From the NCBI GenBank assembly GCA_963811105.1, contig CAWEPZ010000011.1, forward strand, positions 320,001 through 384,000: 64,000 nucleotides of DNA, given 5' to 3'. Positions 30,201 through 39,496 of the stretch are shown here, in pieces (position 1 is the first letter of the stretch; every line of letters starts with the position of its first letter). Source of the stretch: Candidatus Bathyarchaeota archaeon (GTDB taxonomy: Archaea; Thermoproteota; Bathyarchaeia; Bathyarchaeales; Bathycorpusculaceae). Position numbers and translations under genes: made by a program. The notes beneath the pieces were generated by a model. That model was not told the DNA's origin, searched no databases, and saw nothing but the letters and a program-made list of their open reading frames with translations.

Positions 30201-30850
30201 AAGCGGAAACAACAATACGAATGATGCAGTTTGAAATGGAAAGAATAGGCGCAATAAATCAACTTGCACTCACCCATTATGCAGACCAAATTTCACGTTA
30301 CAGAGAACTATCAGTCCGGTTAAACGAGCTGGAAAGAGAAAAACAAGCCATAGTACAGTTTATGGATGAAATTGAATCTAAAAAACGCAAGGTTTTCATG
30401 AACGCCTTCGACAAAATCAACATCAGTCTCCAAGTTTACTTTTCCAAACTTACTGGCGGAGGAGAGGCCACACTAAAGCTCGAAAACCCCGAAGACCCTT
30501 TCTTCGGAGGAATAGATATGATGGTACAGTTTCCCAACAAACCGTACATCGTTGTAAGCGGAGCAAGCGGCGGGGAACGTTCAGTTTCAGCAGTCAGCTT
30601 CATTTTTTCATTAAAAGAATTCACGCCAGCATCATTCTATATCCTTGACGAAGTAGACGCACACTTAGACGCATATCACACCACAAAATTGGCAGAACTA
30701 CTACTTGAAGAAGCAGCAAAAATGCAGTTCATTGTAATCAGCCTACGTCCAGAAATGGTCAACAAAGCACAAAGAATCTACGGAGTCTACGAACGTAATG
30801 GAGTATCCAACGTTGTCACCGCAAAGTTTCCACAGGAGGCCCCAAACTAA
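27299..30850 (+). CDS. smc: Chromosome segregation ATPase SMC
   Basis: GFKSF, Walker A GPNGSGKS, coiled coils, hinge, SGGE, ILDEVDAHLD. Confidence 0.97.
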   Translation: MPYIKKIELKGFKSFGPQTVKVSLDKGFTAVTGPNGSGKSNIMDAVLFSLGELSTRRMRAENAAQLIFHGSDKAGQEKAKMAKVVIQFDNSDGTMPVDTSTVTISREVYRNGQSVYRLNGRRMSRAYITETLSMSSISSISQNIIPQGTLTRLTDITPMERRRIIEDLVGIGQYDSEKTEAEEKLRAADISIRTAMGRIDEVQKRLDDLERERNQLSRYNFIQSETKKFQAIKVSSDITHQNAKLNESANQIEKVKAKVDKLKEQREQRRSKRHGIEGEWRKLSGENLEEGGSQVLKVQITIGELKSKLTELTTKINSGQGSLESLKRIRENNIDQQENIRKEIRENRLKIRAFRNEFAKIKDQMDQKQSEHEVLAKQTAELWGGLDDNNEQIHIKQAEIENHVKRLAYLRSEYTQDKAALRLCTGRIKNLTVRKAKFQTSLAEIEKSLTELEQVQKDQKNQFKNLEQSIERKKLQKETVEKEINDAEKIASSAKDAVIEFATQRDLAATIAAEEKALRSIEEMGNVGAINGIHGRLRDLIKIDKNFKKAIEAAATGWLDALVVANIETAFTCTETLKRMKLGRIKIIPLQGAIKVKNKVTPNREGIVGALSSFMKYESSFDIAINYVFGDTIVVSNDKVGFALSNEGYRAVTSYGDLFEPGAFESGYYRAPIDFSTIIPSENALKSLDEAVKALQTHLTSRGADITGIEEEIDRAKTEITRLTESIATLDREIVRIKRSVKRTQFNIRHTEKYGGKLEREAASYKGRMSVYMNERNSIRKMDQRLHTEIANLRLKTDVAHIQELEVQREKLGEELNAFRQKSGSTQTEISTYQSQFDRVLRNGYKNIKIQIVKVEQQQRKLEKEVAEAFGERELVKKEIDEQEKSRVELSKAVFSAREESKKFTSQIDAIDAELRLLDFEYEQADKLLNQLQLNMETSQLHLQQLQYQLHQFGYDQPLETNQKQVEEAETTIRMMQFEMERIGAINQLALTHYADQISRYRELSVRLNELEREKQAIVQFMDEIESKKRKVFMNAFDKINISLQVYFSKLTGGGEATLKLENPEDPFFGGIDMMVQFPNKPYIVVSGASGGERSVSAVSFIFSLKEFTPASFYILDEVDAHLDAYHTTKLAELLLEEAAKMQFIVISLRPEMVNKAQRIYGVYERNGVSNVVTAKFPQEAPN

Positions 30851-31567
30851 ATGGCATCGGCATCAACCACTCCAATGAGAAAGCCGTTTTATCTTCGTCC
30901 GCCCTGGAACATTCTGTTTGAAATAAGCAAACTTGAAAAGCTTACCCCATGGAACGTTAACATAGCTTACTTGTTACGCTCATTTCTAACTGAGATGGAA
31001 AGAACTGAAAACGTTGATTTTCGAGCTTCAGGCGTCGCCTTGGATTCTTCAGCTCTAATTTACTTGATGAAATCAAAACTATTGCTCACCTTACAAGAGC
31101 CACCGACGCTGCCTCCTAAAGGTCCAACAGATTTTGTTCCACCACCCCTTTTTCTGCCACTTCGACACGAGTTGACATCTACAACTATCCAACATTTGCT
31201 TGAAGTCTTAGACGATGTGTTAAAAGGTGAAAAACTGCTTCACTTAGAACACGCTGTTGCACAGCACCCTATTCTTCCAGCGGTAACAGATTTGCTGCCG
31301 CAATTCGACAGGCTTATGGCTGAAATAACCGTAGAAGTTGACAAATTATACGCTATTCTATGCGAGAAAGTTAAGGGGTCAGGAATAGTCGATTTCTCAA
31401 CCCTATCGAAAGATGCAACCCGAATTGAAGCTCTGAGAATGTTTATTTACCTCTTATTTTTAGCTCAGGATGGCCTAGTTAGCCTTTGGCAAAACGAGGA
31501 AACTGAAGAATTGTACATTGCTGTGGGGAAATTAAACGTTGGAAAAGCCGAAGGAACAACCAGCTGA
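30851..31567 (+). CDS. scpA: Segregation/condensation protein A (kleisin)
   Basis: PWNVNI, SALIYLMKS, C-terminal FIYLLFL..G..SLWQ; sits between smc and scpB. Confidence 0.85.
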   Translation: MASASTTPMRKPFYLRPPWNILFEISKLEKLTPWNVNIAYLLRSFLTEMERTENVDFRASGVALDSSALIYLMKSKLLLTLQEPPTLPPKGPTDFVPPPLFLPLRHELTSTTIQHLLEVLDDVLKGEKLLHLEHAVAQHPILPAVTDLLPQFDRLMAEITVEVDKLYAILCEKVKGSGIVDFSTLSKDATRIEALRMFIYLLFLAQDGLVSLWQNEETEELYIAVGKLNVGKAEGTTS

Positions 31568-32138
31568 GTCAAATCAGGATGCAGAGCAGATTCAGGATAC
31601 TGAGCGGAAAGCTCATCATATAGCACTCTTGGAAGCGGCTTTGTATGTGGCTGGTCGCCCATTAGACCTCAACGAGCTTTGTCAAGTCTTAGGAAGCCGA
31701 TCTAAAAAGAAAACACAAAAATATGCTGACATCCTCATGCAAGAATACGCCGCAAGAAATACTTCACTAGAAATCTTAGCTTTGAAGGATGAACGCTACG
31801 TCCTGCAAGTGAAGCCGCAATTTACGCCGCTAATCAAGAAACTTGTGAATCGACCGCTTTTGTCCGCTGGACCGCTGAAAACGCTTTCGTACATTGCTTA
31901 CCGACAGCCTGTTTCGCAAAAACGTGTGATTGATGTTAGGGGTCAACATGCGTATGGCCATGTAAAGTTGCTGAAGGATATGGATTTGATTGCTGCTGAA
32001 AGAAGCGGGCGATCTATGTCTTTGAAAACAACTGATTATTTCGCTGATCTTTTTGGTTTAACTCATGATGTAACCATTATGAAAAAAGATTTGAAACGGA
32101 TCTTTGGCGAAGCACTAAAAGACGAACAGGAAAAATAA
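31539..32138 (+). CDS. scpB: Segregation/condensation protein B
   Basis: EAALYVAG, TLSYIAYRQP, TTDYFADLFG. Confidence 0.93.
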   Translation: MEKPKEQPAESNQDAEQIQDTERKAHHIALLEAALYVAGRPLDLNELCQVLGSRSKKKTQKYADILMQEYAARNTSLEILALKDERYVLQVKPQFTPLIKKLVNRPLLSAGPLKTLSYIAYRQPVSQKRVIDVRGQHAYGHVKLLKDMDLIAAERSGRSMSLKTTDYFADLFGLTHDVTIMKKDLKRIFGEALKDEQEK

Positions 32139-32337
32139 TCTTATTCTTCCTCCAGCGATACCTTAACGACAATTATCTTATAGCAAACAGATAACAATTG
32201 TGTCTTTCAAGTTTAGTAATTGCTACGCATTTAGGTGAAAATCTACTAAGAAGAGTAATCTTAACGGATACGTTTATATGGAAATTAACTGTTTTACTGA
32301 CTCTCGAATTAGATATTCGCAAAAGGAAATGTAGAAT

Positions 32338-32733
32338 ATGTCTTTCCATAGCAGTTTACGCAAAAGAAAGCTTACCGGCGGCAAAAAAAGGGCTTACAGG
32401 TCAAAGAAAAAATATGAACAAGGCGGCTACCCAGCGGAAACAATCCTTGGTCAACCAAAAAGGAAAATTTCCAGAGGCATGGGCGGCAATATTAAGGTCA
32501 AAGCCTTAACCGACAAGTTTGCTTCAGTAACTGATCCCAAAACAGGCAAAACACAAAAAACCGAAATAACGCGTGTTGTTCGCAACGGCGCTAACGTTGA
32601 CTACAATCGCAGAGGCGTAATAACCAAAGGTGCAGAAATCGAAACTACCCTAGGAGCTGCGAAAGTAACCAGTCGCCCCGGCACTGACGGCGTAATCAAC
32701 GCAGTTCTGATGGCAACCAAAGAAAAAGCCTAA
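32338..32733 (+). CDS. rps8e: 30S ribosomal protein S8e
   Basis: RKLTGG, RGMGGN, ITKGAEI, VTSRPG.DGVINA. Confidence 0.97.
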   Translation: MSFHSSLRKRKLTGGKKRAYRSKKKYEQGGYPAETILGQPKRKISRGMGGNIKVKALTDKFASVTDPKTGKTQKTEITRVVRNGANVDYNRRGVITKGAEIETTLGAAKVTSRPGTDGVINAVLMATKEKA

Positions 32734-32735
32734 GT

Positions 32736-33044
32736 TTAATGCTGTTTTACTAGCGCTTGGGAGCCTTTAATTTTCATCAATTGTTTTGCTATCTTTTGAA
32801 TTATCTTTTCTTTTGCTTCTTTCTTTTCAATTAGTAACATTCCAGTCTTAATCCAAGGCATTTTAGAAAAATGAGCGTCTAAGTTAACTTCGTTTTTTAA
32901 ACCTAATTTATCTGCTGCTTGTTTTAGTTCGTCAATTTTGGGAGATTGCACTGCAAGGTTTTTTGGCACTCGACGTCCTTCCTTTCTGCTTTTGGAAGAG
33001 TCAAAGTAGATTGGCCAAATTATAGCTTTGTCAAGTTTTCTCAT
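32736..33044 (-). CDS. srp19: Signal recognition particle protein SRP19
   Basis: IWPIYFDSSKSRKEGRRVP. Confidence 0.95.
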   Translation of the reverse strand: MRKLDKAIIWPIYFDSSKSRKEGRRVPKNLAVQSPKIDELKQAADKLGLKNEVNLDAHFSKMPWIKTGMLLIEKKEAKEKIIQKIAKQLMKIKGSQALVKQH

Positions 33045-33056
33045 GTTAATTCACCA

Positions 33057-34808
33057 TTATTTATGTCCGTAATATGCAATTATTTTTTGGTTTACTTCAT
33101 TTATGCGTGTGAAGCCGAAGCGTTCAAACTGTATGATTGTGTCTGGCTTTAGTTTTTTGCAGGCGCTTTCAGCAAACCCCTTGTTAGTCGACGCGTCTGG
33201 CATTACGACCTGACAAGGGAACTCTTCGCCTTTGAGGATCCATTGAATAAGCTGAACTTTAATTTTCCTAACGTCCTCGTAGGATTCGCTTGCAAACGTT
33301 GCGGTTACTGAAGTGTTTGTTTTGTTTTGAACTTTAATGTTGAATAGCTCCATGAGCCTTACAACTTTGCCAGCTTCCATGTTTTCTGCATCTTTCTCGC
33401 TAACCCAAATACTCGCCGCTTTCTCGTCACCTTGTGGAATAATGGCATATTCCCTAAATCCTCTTTCAGGCTTGTCTGGGTGGAAAGGAAGCTTGGCTTG
33501 GAATATTTTTGGTACTTCGACAACCTTAAGCTCAACGGCTTCAGAGACAAAGAAGTATCTATCACTTACAGCGTCAAGGATTCTGCGGTTGTAAGAAAAA
33601 AGATTTTCCCAACTCAAGGTTATGTCATTTGATTTCGTTCCTACATCGATTATCATTTTTTTGATGGCTTCAGGGGTGATCCCGCGTTTTCTTAAGGCGG
33701 CAAAAGTTCCGAGGCGTGGGTCATCAAAGCCTGTGTAAATTCCTTCTTTCACTCCTTGGATAATTTTTGATTTGCTTAAGAATGCGCCTTTTATTTTTAG
33801 TCTGCCGTAGTGTATGGCTTCAGGGTATTCCCAGCCCAAATGTTGGTACATGTATTTTTGTCTTACCATGTTGGTATAATGCTCTTTTCCACGAATTATG
33901 TGGGTCATTCCCATTAGGTGATCGTCTATGCCTGCAGCTAAGTTGTAGAGTGGCCAAACAATGTATTTGCTTCCTATCCTTGGATGCGGATACTTTTTGG
34001 TGTCTATGATCCTCAGGGCTGGCCAATCTCGGACAGCTGGGTTTGGATGTTCAAGCTCGGTTTTAATGCGAACCACGGCTTGACCTTCTGTATAGCCGCC
34101 ATTTAGCATACAGTGCCAACGCTCTAAGTTCTCAGCTGCAGTCAGGATTCTACATGGGCAGGCTTCCTTAGAAATTGTTATTTTCCTAAATTCTTCTGAA
34201 TCACACACACAAACGTATGCGTTGCCATCCCGTATGAGCTGTTCAGTGTAGTTGTAATAAATGGGCAGTCGGTCGCTCTGGATATATTCCTCATCAATCT
34301 TGCAGCCGAGCCACTTCAAATCTTGGCGTATGCTATCGTAAAACTCCAACGAGGGTCTCTTCACTTTTGGATCTGTATCTTCAAAGCGTAAAATGAATTT
34401 GCCGTTGTACATACGAGCGTACTCGTGGCTTAGTAGTATAGCTCTTGCCGAACCCAAATGCAAGACGCAGTCGGGGTTAGGAGAAAACCTCGTAACAATC
34501 TGAGAATACTTTTCTGTGTTAGGCAAGGGTGAGAGCCGTTTTTCTTCAGCTTTTTCCTTCTTTTGAGTCTCAGGCCAGGATTTTTCAACTATTTCTTTCT
34601 GTTCGGTTAGCGATAAACTGTTGACTTCATTTACAACTATGTTGATTACGGTTAAGAGCTCTTTTATTTTGGACCTTAGGTCTTGTCTCTCGCCTAGAAT
34701 TTTGCCCAATATGGCGCCTGCTTGGGCCTTGCCATCATGTGAAACCGCATTAAGCAAAGCTGCTTTCCTTATAGCCTCTCTAAGATTATTATCATTTTCA
34801 AGTGCCAA
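33057..34808 (-). CDS. gltX: Glutamate--tRNA ligase (archaeal)
   Basis: RFSPNP..LHLG, RFEDTDP, IIRGKEH, LSKS, QFERFGF. Confidence 0.96.
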   Translation of the reverse strand: MALENDNNLREAIRKAALLNAVSHDGKAQAGAILGKILGERQDLRSKIKELLTVINIVVNEVNSLSLTEQKEIVEKSWPETQKKEKAEEKRLSPLPNTEKYSQIVTRFSPNPDCVLHLGSARAILLSHEYARMYNGKFILRFEDTDPKVKRPSLEFYDSIRQDLKWLGCKIDEEYIQSDRLPIYYNYTEQLIRDGNAYVCVCDSEEFRKITISKEACPCRILTAAENLERWHCMLNGGYTEGQAVVRIKTELEHPNPAVRDWPALRIIDTKKYPHPRIGSKYIVWPLYNLAAGIDDHLMGMTHIIRGKEHYTNMVRQKYMYQHLGWEYPEAIHYGRLKIKGAFLSKSKIIQGVKEGIYTGFDDPRLGTFAALRKRGITPEAIKKMIIDVGTKSNDITLSWENLFSYNRRILDAVSDRYFFVSEAVELKVVEVPKIFQAKLPFHPDKPERGFREYAIIPQGDEKAASIWVSEKDAENMEAGKVVRLMELFNIKVQNKTNTSVTATFASESYEDVRKIKVQLIQWILKGEEFPCQVVMPDASTNKGFAESACKKLKPDTIIQFERFGFTRINEVNQKIIAYYGHK

Positions 34809-34830
34809 ATCTTTTACGCTCGCTGAAATA

Positions 34831-35901
34831 TTACTTGTTTCTTTTAATCAAGAATTCAGAGAATTCTATTAATTTTTCCTTAGCTTCGGATGTCGGCAGA
34901 AGCATTTCGGCCTCACTCCAGCTATCCGCGACAATTCTTTCGGCGATTCGCTTAACATGGTTCATTGCGCCATACTTTTGCATCATTTCTATAGCCTCGT
35001 CGCGGAGGGCTTGGTCAGAAGTATGCATGTTGAGTATTTCAATTAGCCGTTTACTATCATTGCTATTGGCTTTTCTGAGTGTATATATGACTAATAGGGT
35101 TCTTTTCCCTTCAGTGATATCTTGTCCCACGCCTCCCTTCTTCTTAGCAAACTCCACGCCAGTCAAATCTAAAATATCATCTTGCATTTGAAAAGCCACA
35201 CCAATACTCTCAGCGAATCGACCTAGCTTTTCGACTAATGGTTTGTTGGCGCCTGAAAGAACTGCCGCTACTTTCGCCGCCATGCGAGCCAGCGTACCTG
35301 TCTTGTAAGCACACATTTGCAAGTAATCCGCTTCTTCTAGCATATCAGCATTGGCTATGCCCCTGTGCCAAGCGATGTCCATAGCTTGCCCCATGCTGAG
35401 GTTAATCATTTCTTGAACGTAAACCTCGTAAACGTCTCTTTGGACTTCAGGCGTCAACTTTGCATTTTGCGCCATCAAAGGTAGAAGTGGCAGATAATAC
35501 ATGGCGTTTCCGGCATTAACTGCAATGTCCATTTCGAAAATCTTGTATGTGCAGGGTTTTCCTCTCCTTAGTTCAGAAGAATCCTCAATATCATCAATCA
35601 CAAGGGTACCGTTGTGGATCACTTCAGGGATAATTGAGAAGTCCAAGCAGTAGTCCGATGTTTTACCTAGTGCTTCGCAAATCAAGAGAAAAAGCGCTGG
35701 ACGCCATCTTTTGCCGCCACGGTCCAACATATCCCAAATGGGCTCTGCGATAGCTTTGTTTAATGGTTCCAAGTTGTAGCTGTACTTTGGCGGGTTAACT
35801 TTGAACAGAATTGAATCTTTGCCAAATTCTCGTGGAAGATATTTTTCGATAGCTTTATCGATTAACTGCGCCTTTTCTTCAAGAAACTTTTCTACGTCCA
35901 A
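34831..35901 (-). CDS. Polyprenyl diphosphate (GGPP) synthase
   Basis: GGKRWRP, DDIED..RRG, GQ, KT, FQMQDDILD. Confidence 0.93.
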   Translation of the reverse strand: MDVEKFLEEKAQLIDKAIEKYLPREFGKDSILFKVNPPKYSYNLEPLNKAIAEPIWDMLDRGGKRWRPALFLLICEALGKTSDYCLDFSIIPEVIHNGTLVIDDIEDSSELRRGKPCTYKIFEMDIAVNAGNAMYYLPLLPLMAQNAKLTPEVQRDVYEVYVQEMINLSMGQAMDIAWHRGIANADMLEEADYLQMCAYKTGTLARMAAKVAAVLSGANKPLVEKLGRFAESIGVAFQMQDDILDLTGVEFAKKKGGVGQDITEGKRTLLVIYTLRKANSNDSKRLIEILNMHTSDQALRDEAIEMMQKYGAMNHVKRIAERIVADSWSEAEMLLPTSEAKEKLIEFSEFLIKRNK

Positions 35902-35903
35902 AC

Positions 35904-37007
35904 CTACTGCGCTCCTCTTTTGGCGTATTTTTGCAAGTCGAAGCCTCTAGCTTGTAGCCACTCTCCAGTTTTTCCAGTAATCACGACTGGCTTATTTGCT
36001 AAATCAACTATTTTTTCTGCACCAACTAGGAACATGACGTTGCGTAGTTCCTCAATTAAATATGAAAGCTTTTCTTCGGTTTCTTTTGCTCCTTTTAATG
36101 CCATTTGTAGAATGGGTTGAGAAATGCTTGCTAAACTTGCATTAAGTGATAAAGCTTTAGCTATATCGGTGCCGTTTCTCACGCCGCCTGAAACAATTAT
36201 GGGCAACCTTACTGTTTGAGATACCTCTATCATGCTAACTACAGTTGAGATCCCCCAATCCCAGAAGGTTTCACCTAAGAATCGTTGAACGACATCCTCT
36301 TTTCCAAGTGACCTGTAATACTCCACAGCTGCAAAACTTGTCCCGCCAACACCGCCTACATCGATGGCTTTGACGCCAGCGTTCTCAAGTGCTTTTGCAT
36401 CTTCAGCTGAGATTCCAGCTCCCGTCTCTTTAACTATTATTGGTTTATCGAGAGCACTCGCTATTTCACAAATCTTTGTCAAAACACCCTTGAAGTTGGT
36501 TTGCCCCTCAGGCTGAACCGCTTCTTGTAATGCATTCAAATGCACAGCCACTGCATCAGCATTTATCATTTCAACGATTTTCTTAACTTCCTTCACACCG
36601 TACCCATGAACTAATTGAACTCCTCCGATGTTAGCAATTAAGAAAGCGTTGGGCGCTTTTTCTCGTGCGATAGCGTATGTTTTTTCAAGATGATGGTTTT
36701 CGATGGCTGCTCTTTGGCTTCCCACACCCATTCCTAAACCAAGTTTCTCCACAGCTTCGGCGATGGAAGAATTAATTTTTGTTGCTTCTTTGGTTCCTCC
36801 AGTCATTGCGCCGACAATTATTGGCGCCGAAAACTTTTTGCCTAAAAAAATGGTTGATAGGTTGATTTTTTGTTTGTTTACTTCCGGCAATGCTCGGTGA
36901 ACCAGTTTTATGTCTTCAAATCCTGCTGTAGCATTCTTCGCTTGTGCTTTGTTGTCTAAGCAGATTCTAATGTGGTCTACCTTGCGTTTGCCAGTTTCCT
37001 CAGCCAT
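35904..37007 (-). CDS. fni: Type 2 isopentenyl-diphosphate isomerase
   Basis: RKVDH, AMTGG, GSQR, HLNALQE, KETG, GGTS. Confidence 0.96.
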   Translation of the reverse strand: MAEETGKRKVDHIRICLDNKAQAKNATAGFEDIKLVHRALPEVNKQKINLSTIFLGKKFSAPIIVGAMTGGTKEATKINSSIAEAVEKLGLGMGVGSQRAAIENHHLEKTYAIAREKAPNAFLIANIGGVQLVHGYGVKEVKKIVEMINADAVAVHLNALQEAVQPEGQTNFKGVLTKICEIASALDKPIIVKETGAGISAEDAKALENAGVKAIDVGGVGGTSFAAVEYYRSLGKEDVVQRFLGETFWDWGISTVVSMIEVSQTVRLPIIVSGGVRNGTDIAKALSLNASLASISQPILQMALKGAKETEEKLSYLIEELRNVMFLVGAEKIVDLANKPVVITGKTGEWLQARGFDLQKYAKRGAQ

Positions 37008-37008
37008 C

Positions 37009-37821
37009 TTACGCCTTCTCGATTTCAGTGCCTAAGACGCTTTGATCTGTTAGTGCCCTGAAAATGGACAAGCCTTTAGTGGCTCCGGTGACTGTGACGT
37101 GGATGCCTTGTTCAATGGCTGGGATAAGTTCAGTTATTTTGCCCGCCATGCCGCCCGTAACATCCGTTCCCGCCGCTTTGCCAAACTTTGCTTGAATCCC
37201 TTTTAACTCCGCAAGCGTCAAATGCTTGTAGGGTTTAGCATTGGGGTTGATTTTCGGGTCACAATCAAACAAGCCATCCGTATCAACGCCGATCACAATT
37301 TTCGAAGCCTTATACTTGATTGCCAAATAAGCAACAAGCTGGTCGGCGGAGAGAATTGTGAATCCCAATTTATCGTCTAAAACTGCATCTCCATACAAGA
37401 CAGGTTTGAACATCATTTTTTCCATTGCTTTGAGCGTGGTTTCGTCAAAGAATTTAATCCTACCGTTATCAGTTATTATGCAGGATGATGGCGTTATGCT
37501 TATGGCTGGAACTTCATGCCAAATAAGCGCGTCCATAACTAAACCGTTTAATACTGTCATTACATGGTGGGTTTCGGCGAAACCAAGTTTCTGGGTTGGG
37601 TCCTCTTTGTAGCCTTCCTTTATCCCGTATTTCGCCGCGGTTGGGTGACCAAAGCTGCCTCCGCCATGTACAATTATCAAACTATCGAGGTCTGCTCGCT
37701 TGATTTCTTCTGCTAAGCGGTTTATTATCTCTGTTTTTGCTGCTAATGGTTCTGCTTTGTCAGTGATGGCTGAACCACCGATTTTTAGGATTACAGGTTT
37801 CGCCTCGTTCATATCTTGCAC
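37009..37821 (-). CDS. ipk: Isopentenyl phosphate kinase
   Basis: LKIGGSAITDK, HGGGSFGH, DVTGGM; mevalonate-cluster context. Confidence 0.93.
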   Translation of the reverse strand: MQDMNEAKPVILKIGGSAITDKAEPLAAKTEIINRLAEEIKRADLDSLIIVHGGGSFGHPTAAKYGIKEGYKEDPTQKLGFAETHHVMTVLNGLVMDALIWHEVPAISITPSSCIITDNGRIKFFDETTLKAMEKMMFKPVLYGDAVLDDKLGFTILSADQLVAYLAIKYKASKIVIGVDTDGLFDCDPKINPNAKPYKHLTLAELKGIQAKFGKAAGTDVTGGMAGKITELIPAIEQGIHVTVTGATKGLSIFRALTDQSVLGTEIEKA

Positions 37822-37913
37822 CTTTACATTTGATATTATGGCACTTATTGAAAAGCATTACCGAGAACAATATCGAAGCAAAAACCAAAATCTAAGGAAC
37901 AATATAGAAAAAA

Positions 37914-38300
37914 TTAAGAAATATTAATAATGCCATTTTCCACGGTGACTCTGTCGCCTGTTTTGATTTTAGAGATGTCAACTTCGTCAACACAAGGGAT
38001 TTCGCTGATTATGGCACCGACAGCAACAACGGTTTCGCATTCTTTGGTAATCATTCCGGCTGGAGCTGTACCGTTTTTCTTCATGCGATATAGCGTGTAA
38101 GAGCCGACTGTGGAGCCTTTGCCAGTAGGAAACACGAGGATTTTGCCTTTAACGCTTTGTCCTTGCAGTTCATGCCCCTTCTCGATGACAACGCCATTAT
38201 TAGGATCAACTCCACCATAAAACGAGATTGGCATTGAAGTTACGAGAGCTTCTCCTTCACCTTTGCCTTTTGAGATTAATCTTCCCTTCAGCTGTTCCAT
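37914..38300 (-). CDS. Aconitase X swivel subunit (DUF126), probable phosphomevalonate dehydratase small subunit
   Basis: ISFYGGVDP, GKGSTVGSY; likely start MEQLKG. Confidence 0.88.
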   Translation of the reverse strand: MEQLKGRLISKGKGEGEALVTSMPISFYGGVDPNNGVVIEKGHELQGQSVKGKILVFPTGKGSTVGSYTLYRMKKNGTAPAGMITKECETVVAVGAIISEIPCVDEVDISKIKTGDRVTVENGIINIS

Positions 38301-39496
38301 TTTCCAGTCACCGCCGCATTTACGCATTCTTCAAGGCTGCCCATCTTTGTTTTCATAAGATTCTGTCTTGAGTAAAAGCAGCCTTTCGCTGAGGTTGTTG
38401 CCAACGACTTAAACCGCCCCTTAAGTGGTGCAACTGCCATGCAAGTATCGCAGGCGAATTTGCCTCCAGCTAATTCAATGACTTTGGTATATCCTCTTTT
38501 GTCTGCCAACTGCTTAGCGGTTCTTGAAGTGGCAACCCAAAACTCCGTGCCTTCAGCTACATTCTTGCCCTTTATCAAGTCAGCGATTTCGTTGATTTCC
38601 TTAATGGAGCAGTGCGGGCAACCCACACAAACGAGTTCTATGTCTCTGACATCATCATTGATGTTGTCATATGCATTTTTGATGTCAGCTTGCTCGATAG
38701 TAACCGTTTCTCTTGGCTGAATCTGCAGCTCGGACGCCGGCGTTATTCCTTTTATATAAAAAAGCGGTTTAGAGCCATAAGTCACAACAGAAGCACAAAA
38801 CGACTTAAGTTCATCAAGTTCAGCCGTTTCTACACCTGTTATGTAGGAGATTTTGTTTTCTGCTTTTTTGCCTATAGCATAGCCTAATGCGCCCCAGTCC
38901 GAAAGCTTCGCTAACGCAGCGTTTACCTGAACGTGAACATCGGGAATGCGATTTTCATCCAAGTGTAGCCCGTAGCAGGGTGTTTTCCCGACAAATGCCG
39001 CTGCCAAAGCTGAAGGACCGCCTTCACGGTTAGTCTTAGCGCCTATAATGGAATTTGCGAAGGTTACTGCTGAACTTTCAGACCATGCTAAATGTTCGCC
39101 AAAGAGTGGCAAATTACCTATTAAGTAAGGAGTACATGTGCAACTGACGAGAATGCCCATGCGTTCGAATGCTTGTATTACGAGATTTTGTTTTTCAGCA
39201 AACTCGGGACTTATGCCCAATTGCTGCCAGTTTTCAAGATCCATGCCCGCAGGGTTTAAGGTTGTGAGAACTTTGACTTTGCCATCTTTTGCCAGATCAT
39301 TTAAGAATTCTAAACCTGCGTCTCCTAGATTGTGGTAAGAGACTCCTGCCACTTGGACGCTGCCCACTTTGATTAGACTTTTTGCGCCGTAAATGTCGCC
39401 TAGAGCCGTAAGAATTTCCATGCTCTTTTGTACAGCGTAACCTTCCGCGCCATCAAGCATCTTTTGCTCTTGTTTAGTTAGTTGCATGTTGGTCAC
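38288..39496 (-). CDS. Aconitase X catalytic subunit (DUF521), probable phosphomevalonate dehydratase large subunit
   Basis: TLNP, CTCTPY, WSESSA, GCPH, DTC, TTSAKG. Confidence 0.9.
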   Translation of the reverse strand: MTNMQLTKQEQKMLDGAEGYAVQKSMEILTALGDIYGAKSLIKVGSVQVAGVSYHNLGDAGLEFLNDLAKDGKVKVLTTLNPAGMDLENWQQLGISPEFAEKQNLVIQAFERMGILVSCTCTPYLIGNLPLFGEHLAWSESSAVTFANSIIGAKTNREGGPSALAAAFVGKTPCYGLHLDENRIPDVHVQVNAALAKLSDWGALGYAIGKKAENKISYITGVETAELDELKSFCASVVTYGSKPLFYIKGITPASELQIQPRETVTIEQADIKNAYDNINDDVRDIELVCVGCPHCSIKEINEIADLIKGKNVAEGTEFWVATSRTAKQLADKRGYTKVIELAGGKFACDTCMAVAPLKGRFKSLATTSAKGCFYSRQNLMKTKMGSLEECVNAAVTGKWNS